In this document: piece by piece, positions 26,709 through 35,300 of the stretch | Layout of the letters: each line of letters opens with the position of its first letter | Numbering within the stretch: the first letter of the stretch is position 1 | Origin: Prorocentrum cordatum | Taxonomy: Eukaryota | NCBI GenBank assembly: GCA_963575745.1 | Contig: CAUYUJ010000298.1 | Location: 62,001 to 115,697 of the forward strand | Length of the DNA: 53,697 nucleotides | Direction of reading: 5' to 3' | Translations under genes and position numbers: made by a program | The notes under the pieces: generated by a model | Database searches by the model: none | What the model saw: only the letters and a program-made list of their open reading frames with translations | Told to the model about the DNA's origin: nothing

Positions 26709-29700
26709 TCAACCAGGTTTGTTTGTTTGGACTCGCGTTCCCAGCTGAGTGCAGCTGGGCGAGGACCGGTCCCGCAGAAGCACACGGGCAGCGCTGAGCA
26801 GCGCTCCGGCTGCCGACAATTCACATTCTGTGACTGTAGCTCCTTCGAGGAGCCACGCGGCCTCGGCCACATCCCTCCAAACGAGGGGCACGGCACTAGA
26901 AACAGCAAACTCATGCCCAGCAGGGAAGGGGCCCACGGTTCTCGCGGAAGCGATGCCTATCTCACTGGGATTGCACTGAGTATTGATTAAGCCGATCTGA
27001 AGCCAGAAACCACATCCTGATCCTTGCTGGTCAACCCCGCCATCAAAGCCTCCCCTGATAGCGAACGGTAAGAGATAAGTTTCGAATGGATATAGATAAC
27101 AATGAGTTCTGTAGAATGTGCGGCCACATCTGGCCTCATGCGTCAATTCATCCGCTCGTGTATTGTCCTCCCTGAATTCGTGTCTCCATATCTCACGTCC
27201 CAAGGCAGCAGGCCTCAGATTGAAACACGCAGCGAGCTCAAAGGTACAATCAATCATGGCAGCTGTCCTCTTGCAGTAGCCACGATTCTCACATCTCCAT
27301 TTCCCCTGTAGCCAGGAGCAGATAAGTAATGAGTCACCCTTGAACTCAGCAGCAAAACCCTCTGAGGATATATCCCACACAGTCGCACGTTCCTGGATCA
27401 TAGCATAACGTATTGCAAGCTTGGCGGACTCTTTGGGGTCGTACTTGGGGTGCAGAGGGTTGGTCGCGATGTCGACCGCCTCAGCGTCGGCCTTCTCTCG
27501 AGCCTCAGGGGAGCCTCGAGGTCCATTAGGAGAGCCCTTCCAAGACACCACAAAGTAATCATAGACCTTAGTTTTGTTGTATTGTGTAAGGAGTTGCTTC
27601 CATACCTCCAAGAACTGAACCCAATCGCCCCGTACCGACTCCCACCACTTTTCCCCAAAGAACTGAATGTAGGGGAACTGCCAAGACCGACCGCCCACAG
27701 ACACAGGGCCTCCACGAAGCCGCTTGCCCGAACTAGATAAGGCCCTGTTGCCGCGTTGTCGTAGAACCTCTGTTATTGTGTCGCGAGCCGTGACCCAGCC
27801 AACATTGTACATCATAAGCGCACGTCGGGAGTCTCGAAAGGCCCTCCTCCCCTTTGAGACGGCAAGTGGCTCGTCTCTGAGAGTGTGGGCAGCTCCCTCT
27901 CCAGAGGGCATCGGCTGTGAGCGGGCAATGGAACAGGCGACCTGCGAGCAAAGATCCTCCAGCCGCCTCTCCATATCCGTAATCCTCCCCTCCACCTCCA
28001 TCACAGTCGCTGCAGGTACATCCTCCCCCCGTCCATCCGCAAAGCGAACACGTTTAGCACGTTGAGTCGTTGATCCCTCCACCTCAACCTCCGTCCTTGC
28101 CGCCCTGTCCTCCTCCAAAGATAGTAAATATTGCCTCGTGGAGCGCATCATGCCCCAGCTCTTCCAACACAGCATCTGCACAGCCGACGGGAAACCCCCA
28201 TCGCAGAAGATTGTCCTGACTCGTGTCAGTGCAGCTGGCCGCCATACCTCCCACCCCACATCTCCTGGCTTCCTCCTCCCTGACATTCTCAGAAGACACA
28301 TACCCTCGAACGCATGGATAACCCTCACACACTCACTGTCAATCGTGATGGCCTCTGCTGCATATAAAAGACGGCTCTGCACAGTCGATTGATATCGACG
28401 AAACTTCTTCACCAGAGGCAGCGCCCTGCACGTAAAATACTGCACCTGCGCAAAGAATGCCCTTCGGGCCTGCTGGACGCGCTCCTGCACATCCGTGTGG
28501 ATAGAAGTGAAACTTCTGGGAATCTGATACCCCAGCACATTCAAACTCTCAACATGCTTGAAAGGAACAATCCGCGAGCCAATCTGAACCGTGACCGTAT
28601 CAGTGTACTGAGTACCACACACCATCATCTCTAGACTCTCCTCCTTCCACTCCATCCCCCAATCCCTGAGAGCAGTAGTGAAGGCAGTGGCCGCTACCTG
28701 CGCCTCCGATGCTGACTTGGCGGCCAGAAAAATATTGTCAGCCCAGAGAGCATGATTCCAACGTGCATACCGACAATGATCATCATGGCATGGCATCTCG
28801 ACTCCGACACCGCGCTGATCCAGGCGAGCAATCACATCACGCCACATAGCAATAGTGACAATAGTAAACGCGATAGGTGATTCGGTACCCCCAGTACGGA
28901 GCGACCTATCCCACTGCACATTGGGGATTGTCACTCCTTCAAACAGCACCGTGCATGAAGTAGATGAGAGAGGCTCCAATAACGCATACTGTAACCGTGC
29001 ACTGATCCCAAGGGCCGTCATCGCTCTCGAGACTGTCGGCAACGTCACAGCATCGAACGCCCGCTCGATGTCACAGCTGAGGAGCCACGCCGTTTGATCT
29101 CGCCCCCATGTGGAAGCATGTTGTGCAATACATTTCATGGCCGATGAAATCTCCCAGCAACGTCGTCCGCTGGTAAAACCGTAAACCGCCATATCACTCA
29201 TGAAGGGTTCCACACATCGTTCCAGTAAAATCGTCACACACGCGAGATACCACTTGGCCAAGGTATTTCCGACGAGCAGGTTCCTTGTTTGTCGCAATGT
29301 TTCCAGTTTGCTCGTTGTCGGCATAAGTGTTAGGTATACTTCCTGCCATTCCCTTGGCGTCGGGCGAAGCCCGTTGAATATATCAGAGAAAACCTTACCA
29401 ATAGAACGCACTGACCTCCACGAAAGAGACTTGAGAAGTTCAACCGAGATGCCGTCGGGCCCACAGGCCCGTCCTGTTCGGAGCCTGCTCCGCGCCTGCA
29501 GGATAGTAGAGTATGCAATCGTAAGTGTGTTGTCCGAAGAGGCTGTTGATTGAGATGCATGGCGACGCAGTGTGGACACAAGCTCCCGATTGCGGGCTCT
29601 GGAGTCATCACGAGTCATACTCTGCACAGCATATCGCTCCACCTCCTCCGCCCACAGTTCCCTGTCCTCCGTCATCATAGTCGTAGGTCCCATATCCCCT

Positions 29701-30986
29701 CCCCCAGTGTCCGTCACCCTCAACTCCGTCACACGTGTCCTCCTCCCCTTCCTAGATGGTAGCGCCTCCCACTCCACATTCCGTCGGCGATATTCCCGCG
29801 CAAGCGGTCTGATGCGACGTCGAAGGCCCCGAGCCAACGCTCTGTCCTTCCTAGCACGTGCCTCTCTGAGTTGTACCTCCAGCTCGGCATGCTGAGGAGT
29901 CCTACTCGGCGGGAGCCCTCGAGAGTACCTGGGGGCCCTCACCGTGAGGAGCGGTAACGCATGTCCAGCAATCGTTTCAGCAAGACGTTGTGGGGGCACC
30001 GTCGGGATCTGGACGTCCGCCAGGACCTGAAATTGGGCCTCCTCCCGATACGATTGGAACTCTTTGTGGCTTGTGTGGTGGCTAGGGGGGCCTTGATATT
30101 TCGTGACCTGAGGGTTCTGCATATGGAACTCGGCGTAGACACAGGCATGATCCGAGAAGTTGGTAGTCGGGGTCTCTGGGATCCAATCCGTTCGGCATTC
30201 AACCAAGTCACCCTCCCAGGATTGTGGGACCATGAGATAGTCAAGCACTTTTGGCGCAATAGTCTTCGCCCCAGACTTGCGTCGAGCATTATTCGCACGA
30301 TGCACGAAAGTCGGCTGCCGAGAGTACGGCGAGCCAAGAGAATTGACTGCCAGCAAGCGCATCCGACACAGCCACTCCTGCAGCTGAGATCGCCACATGT
30401 CCTCCTCCCACCGTCTATCCTCCGTATCATTCCCATATCCCCTCCCGTCGAGAATCTGCACAGCACCTCCAGTCACCGTGCCTCCTGAACAGGTGATGTC
30501 GGGCGCAAGCTCAACATTAAAATCCCCTGCAATCACAAGCTCACATGTGTATCTGCATTCCTCCTTCCACCTCCGATAAGTTGTTTCGATTGTTTTCAGC
30601 ATCTCAAAAGCCACCTCCAATGAACGATTCTCCGATCTGTTCGGAAAATACGCAGAGACAAGAAAGATACACGGATGACGCAAGCACACAATAGCAAGAC
30701 GAGCATGATTACTCCAAGAGCGAACTATGTTGTGACAAGACTTCCCCCTCAAAGCTATGGAAGCCTTCCTGTCACTTGAATAAACTAGGTGCCAGCCAAG
30801 CAGCTGAATTGAATTGGACGGTAAGTGTTCACACTCCTGTAAACAGAACACTTCACAGCCGCGAGAAAGAAGTGCCCTCATGCAAGCAAATCCCCGATCT
30901 GCTGTAGCCCCTTGTTTCATAAGATTCTGGGTGCCTAGCCTATGCTGGGCTGTGGGGCCACCAGCCCGACTGGCACCTCTGCACCG
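26709..30986 (-). CDS. ORF2: AP-type endonuclease, reverse transcriptase and RNase H-like domain
   Basis: APE motifs GTQN, CLQE, AGDFN, LDY, SDH; RT motifs GPDG, YGF, DIERAFD, TGGTESP, WADN, LG; RNase H motifs GDS, HxxRExNxxAD, FDGG, TxxExE. First ATG at 30920 but the frame is open from 30986. Confidence 0.93.
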   Translation of the reverse strand, partial: RCRGASRAGGPTAQHRLGTQNLMKQGATADRGFACMRALLSRGCEVFCLQECEHLPSNSIQLLGWHLVYSSDRKASIALRGKSCHNIVRSWSNHARLAIVCLRHPCIFLVSAYFPNRSENRSLEVAFEMLKTIETTYRRWKEECRYTCELVIAGDFNVELAPDITCSGGTVTGGAVQILDGRGYGNDTEDRRWEEDMWRSQLQEWLCRMRLLAVNSLGSPYSRQPTFVHRANNARRKSGAKTIAPKVLDYLMVPQSWEGDLVECRTDWIPETPTTNFSDHACVYAEFHMQNPQVTKYQGPPSHHTSHKEFQSYREEAQFQVLADVQIPTVPPQRLAETIAGHALPLLTVRAPRYSRGLPPSRTPQHAELEVQLREARARKDRALARGLRRRIRPLAREYRRRNVEWEALPSRKGRRTRVTELRVTDTGGGDMGPTTMMTEDRELWAEEVERYAVQSMTRDDSRARNRELVSTLRRHASQSTASSDNTLTIAYSTILQARSRLRTGRACGPDGISVELLKSLSWRSVRSIGKVFSDIFNGLRPTPREWQEVYLTLMPTTSKLETLRQTRNLLVGNTLAKWYLACVTILLERCVEPFMSDMAVYGFTSGRRCWEISSAMKCIAQHASTWGRDQTAWLLSCDIERAFDAVTLPTVSRAMTALGISARLQYALLEPLSSTSCTVLFEGVTIPNVQWDRSLRTGGTESPIAFTIVTIAMWRDVIARLDQRGVGVEMPCHDDHCRYARWNHALWADNIFLAAKSASEAQVAATAFTTALRDWGMEWKEESLEMMVCGTQYTDTVTVQIGSRIVPFKHVESLNVLGYQIPRSFTSIHTDVQERVQQARRAFFAQVQYFTCRALPLVKKFRRYQSTVQSRLLYAAEAITIDSECVRVIHAFEGMCLLRMSGRRKPGDVGWEVWRPAALTRVRTIFCDGGFPSAVQMLCWKSWGMMRSTRQYLLSLEEDRAARTEVEVEGSTTQRAKRVRFADGRGEDVPAATVMEVEGRITDMERRLEDLCSQVACSIARSQPMPSGEGAAHTLRDEPLAVSKGRRAFRDSRRALMMYNVGWVTARDTITEVLRQRGNRALSSSGKRLRGGPVSVGGRSWQFPYIQFFGEKWWESVRGDWVQFLEVWKQLLTQYNKTKVYDYFVVSWKGSPNGPRGSPEAREKADAEAVDIATNPLHPKYDPKESAKLAIRYAMIQERATVWDISSEGFAAEFKGDSLLICSWLQGKWRCENRGYCKRTAAMIDCTFELAACFNLRPAALGREIWRHEFREDNTRADELTHEARCGRTFYRTHCYLYPFETYLLPFAIRGGFDGGVDQQGSGCGFWLQIGLINTQCNPSEIGIASARTVGPFPAGHEFAVSSAVPLVWRDVAEAAWLLEGATVTECELSAAGALLSAARVLLRDRSSPSCTQLGTRVQTNKPG

Positions 30987-30989
30987 TCA
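30930..30989 (-). promoter_or_regulatory. Candidate stop-codon readthrough cassette (UGA-CGG, 9-nt spacer, stem-loop)
   Basis: Minus strand: TGA CGGTGCAGA GGTGCC-AGTC-GGGCTG-GTGGCCCCA-CAGCCC-AGCATA-GGCT-A-GGCACC; ORF1 and ORF2 are in the same frame. Confidence 0.6.
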
Positions 30990-32303
30990 CACCCTGCCGG
31001 CAAGACTCGTAACAAATGTGTCGTATGTAGTCGTCACACCGCTTCGCATAAGTACACCCTCCCAGATCTCGCGGTCCACTGTCCACCCCGTATTGATACG
31101 AAAGGATGCCAGTTCCACGGGTCGATGCTGAGGGTCCTGCGGCTTGGTCCACATTGTGCTCCGTCCGTTGGGTCCCGATCCTGTCTCCCCCCTGATCTCC
31201 ATAGCCTCACTGTTGGTACACTCGCGGTATGTCCCATAGAAGCGTCCCACAGCCCCGATATGATCACGTTTCCAAGGTGGGGCCTCTATGCGTACGCGGA
31301 CCCGACTGGGTCGTTGTAACATGCCCTGGAACATGCTGTCATAATCTGGAGGTGACCTCGAAACCTGAGCCGCATTCCTTTGGGGATTCGGAGTTAAAGC
31401 ATCATCAAAAGCACGCTTCACGTTGTATAATCTCGAAGAGTCGGTTCCTACAATGAATTTGATTTTGATCGTACTCAACATCATTCTACTTCCATTCATA
31501 CGTAATGTGCCCTCGTAGTCGATCCTAGCTTCATCCTCTGCTGCGATGGCCGTCTTCAAATTAGTGATGAATTGTGCAGCGTCCGTGTCTCTCATCATAC
31601 TGGCCGAACGTGTAACCGCTGTCCCATTCCAGTCTGTCCAGCCTGTGAGCTCCACATAGCTGGGACTGAAACTGGAGGGTCCTGAGAGTCCTGGTGGGCC
31701 CCCTCCGTAGGAAGGTGCCGTAGTCGAGGCTGCACCTGATATCACACTGGGGTTCTTCTTGAGATCCTGCATCTGTCGTTCCAAATTGTTCATCCTGATG
31801 TCGGAGGCCTCCTGACGCTTCGAGATACTCTGAATATCGGCCCTGGTTTCGACGTTTTCTTGTTGCCTAACTTTGCTCTCAAGCACGTTGAGCTCCGCGA
31901 AGGCCTTGAACCAGGATGGGGCCTCGTCCGAGACCACACTGAGTTTCTTTCGCTTCTCCTCGAGTTCTCCCAAGAGTGCCTCGTGAGGACCGTTGACACG
32001 ATGTTTGACATTTCGTTGGGCGTCGTCGCTAACACCCTGCATACCCTGACGCTCCCCAGCACCTTCAGGGACAACAGCCGCTTGGGCCGCCGCCTGTTGT
32101 GCCTCCGTGGGCATACCTGGGGGTCCCCCTAGAGCACCTTGTGGAGCTGGGCCTCTAGGAACAACAGGAGCGCCTCCAGATCCTTGACCTCCAGGACTGA
32201 CCTGACCTATTGGAACCCCTCCCGCACGCCCTCCGTTGGTTGTAGCTCCCGCCACAGCTGCGTTGGAATAAGTCTGCATCATATTCATGAGTCCTGTATT
32301 CAT
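30987..32303 (-). CDS. ORF1 (gag-like/RNA-binding) of the LINE
   Basis: G/P/Q-rich N-terminus, heptad-like coiled coil (IQSISKRQEASDIRMNNLERQMQDLKK), then a globular region. First ATG at 32303, but the frame is open to the element 5' end. Confidence 0.8.
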   Translation of the reverse strand: MNTGLMNMMQTYSNAAVAGATTNGGRAGGVPIGQVSPGGQGSGGAPVVPRGPAPQGALGGPPGMPTEAQQAAAQAAVVPEGAGERQGMQGVSDDAQRNVKHRVNGPHEALLGELEEKRKKLSVVSDEAPSWFKAFAELNVLESKVRQQENVETRADIQSISKRQEASDIRMNNLERQMQDLKKNPSVISGAASTTAPSYGGGPPGLSGPSSFSPSYVELTGWTDWNGTAVTRSASMMRDTDAAQFITNLKTAIAAEDEARIDYEGTLRMNGSRMMLSTIKIKFIVGTDSSRLYNVKRAFDDALTPNPQRNAAQVSRSPPDYDSMFQGMLQRPSRVRVRIEAPPWKRDHIGAVGRFYGTYRECTNSEAMEIRGETGSGPNGRSTMWTKPQDPQHRPVELASFRINTGWTVDREIWEGVLMRSGVTTTYDTFVTSLAGRV

Positions 32304-35300
32304 ATTCACAAATGAAGGTGGGACAACACAATGGCTATCACTATCTGGTGTGGAGTCGGCAGTATTCAATCTCCCGTCCAATGGAAGGTCACGTACAATC
32401 TGCTCGGTATCCTGAACTTGCCTCTTCCGAGATGCCCTCTCAACAGCAGAATCTGGTCTCTGTCCGTAATCCTGTGAGTACTGCAAATATGGTACAGTCG
32501 GGGAAATATCACTGAAAAGTCGTGCCCGTCCGTCTTTGCACACACGACAAACAAAACAACAATTACAGCACACAAAGCAGGCGGCCTGGCTTGCCTGGAA
32601 GATGCCGTACTCGTCGATGGCAGCGATGGCCGCCGCGCCGCTTCCCCGCGGCGCCGACACCCCCTGAGCTCCTGTGGGATCCAGGAGCCCTAGAGCCGAG
32701 ATGTCTTGAGCCGGGAACCTCGTAGAGCTCCTTGTATCCGTGAGAAAGCTCAGGATCAAAGCAAGAGCTTTTGGGAGCTTTTCTACAAAAACTTCAAGTT
32801 TAGATTTTTCAGAGTCAACATGAAGTCGGTTCCTCCAAGTGAACTGGCACTAAAAATGGCTCTAGAGGACTGAGCTGCTCAGGAAACAAAGTTTATTTAT
32901 ATGTCAATGCTCGGAGTAAAAATCTGCTTTCTCAAAATGAATTGTCAAATATCCTTCAATTTTTTGCAACATCACCCAAAAGTTACCACTTTGTCCTTTC
33001 TGGCCGGGTCGACCAACTAGCTCCACCCCGCGCCGGAATTCCTCTAGCTCATCGATGCCGAAGAGCTCTACGAGGTATATCTTTCAAAAAATCGCAAAAC
33101 CATCCAAAAGTTGTCCCATTCTCCGCCTCAGCCGGGTGCGCCAACTGGCGCCGGCGGTGAACGGTCAACCTGGTCACCGCCGGGAACCTCGTAGAGCTCC
33201 TAGCACGCGTAAGAGTGCTCAGCATCAAAAGAGAGGGCTTCTGGAAGCATTTCTCAAAAAAAGAGAAAACCTGATTTTTTTATGTCGACATGAAGTTGGT
33301 TGCGCCAAGTGTTTTGATAGTAAAAGTGAATCTAGAGAGCTCACATTAAGACGGAGAGGCCCTCATAGTCGTTCACAGGTGCGAAAAATCTGCTTTCTCA
33401 AAATAAATGGTCAAATATCTTTGAAATATTTGCAAAACCACCCAAAAGTTATCACACTGGGCGCCGGCGGTAAACCGTCAACCTTTCTTACCGCCGGGGG
33501 ACTCGTAGAGCTTCCTGAGAATATATAAGGTTTCCAGACCTCTCGGATGCAACAGCCGAACGCCCCCGATACTTCTGGATTGTCTTCTGTACGAGCTCTC
33601 TAGCTCTCCTACAGCCCGAGTTACGTGCGCAAATTGACAGCACCTCTCATGATGACTCGAACAATACGAAGAGTTTGGCAAACATAGCTCGAGTATCAGA
33701 CCGAGGTCAGACCTCTGCATGCGACAGGCGGACGTGTCTGATGTCTCTGAATCGATTCCTGTGATTAACAGCCCTGCAGCCCCCCCTATAGCCTCAGTTA
33801 AGTGCAGAAAACCGACAGCATCTCTCAGGATTCGAACAACACGAATAGTTTTACGGACCTAGTTCGGGCAGCAGACAGAGTTCGGAGCTCTGGATTCGAA
33901 AGGCGGACGCGCCTGATGTCTCCGGATCGATTCCAGTCTCGACCAGCCACGCAGCCCCCCCACAGTCCGAGTTAAGTGCAGAGAACCGACAGCATCTCTC
34001 CAGATGACTCGAACAATACAAATAGTTTCGGGATTCTAGATCGGGCAGCAGACCGAGTTCAGAGCTCTGGATTCAACAGACAACGGCCACTGATAAATCT
34101 GAACCAGATCCTGTACGTATGAGCTCTTTAGCTGTCCTGTAGCTCGAGTTAAGTACAGAAAACCGAGAGCGTCTGTCAAGATGACTCGAATAATACGAAT
34201 AGGTTTGCGCACCTAGCTCGGCTAGCAGACCGATTTCAGACTTCTGGATTCAACACGCGAACGCGCCTGATCATTCTGAGTGGATTAGCTGTGCTTACCA
34301 GCTCTGTAGCTGTCCTGAAGCTCGAGTTATCTTGAGAAAACCGACACCGCGTGACAAGATGACTCGAAATGGCCGATCCCGCCGAAGCGCTTTTTGGCAG
34401 TAAAAGGTACCCGATCGAGCTGAGATCAAGATGGCGAGCGGGAATAAGATCGAATATCACGGAAAGAAATATTAGAGCTCTAACGAATTGTTGAATTTCA
34501 AGCACAAAATTTTCAACCGACCAAAAGTCAGCAAAAGGTCGGTCGATACTTTTCTTGCCAACTGGGCGCCGGTAAATGTCAACCTTTGTTACCGCCGGGG
34601 ACTCGTAGAGCTTCCTGACAACATGTAATGTCGAAAAAAAAACACAGAAAAAATAGTTTTCAGCCCAAGCAGACCTCTCGGATGCAACAGCCGAACGCCC
34701 CCGATGCTTCTGGATTGTCTTCTGCACGAGCTCTGTAGCTCTCTTACAGCCCGAGTTACGTGCGTCAATCGAGAGCACCCATTGGCAAACCTCGCTCGAG
34801 TATCAGACCGAGTTCAGACCTCTGCATACGCGTCTGATATCAGCTAAGTGCAGGAAACCCACAGCACCTCTCAGATTATATTGAACAATACAATAGTTTT
34901 ACGGACTTAGTTCGGACAGCAGACAGAGTTCGAAGCTCTGGATTCGACAGACAGACGCGCCTGATGTCTCCGAATCGATTCCAGTGATTACCAGCCATGC
35001 AGCCCCCCTACAGCCCAAGTTTAGTGAAGAGAACCGACAGCATATCTCAGGATGACTCGAACAATACGAATAGTTTCGCGATAGATCGGGCAGCAGACCA
35101 AGTTCAGAGCTCTGGATTCGACAGACAAACGCAACTGATAATTCTGAATCAGATTCTGCACGTATTGGCTCTGGAGCTGTCCTCAGGCTCGAGTTGAGAA
35201 CAGAAACTGAGAGCGTCTGTTAAGATGAATCGAGTAATACGAATAGGTTTACGGACCTAGCTCGGCTAGCAGACCGAGTTCAGACGTCTTGCTTCAACAG

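Larger units (their letters stand above)
26718..32709 (-). mobile_element. Apparently full-length non-LTR (LINE-like) retrotransposon, about 6.0 kb
   Basis: ORF1 plus APE-RT-RNase H ORF2; (CAAA)3 3' tail; replaces about 4-5 nt (TCACC) of the target; no TSD. Confidence 0.93.
26688..33076 (-). mobile_element. Family B element carrying the LINE in its terminal hairpin
   Basis: Head at 26688, body resumes at 32710, tail GAGCTCTACGAGGT ends at 33076; flanks rejoin TTGTCAA|ATATCTTTC. Confidence 0.85.

Noticed and set aside
32710..32759. ORF1 start at 32759 as given in the ORF track
   Set aside because: That segment lies in the host B element, outside the LINE.
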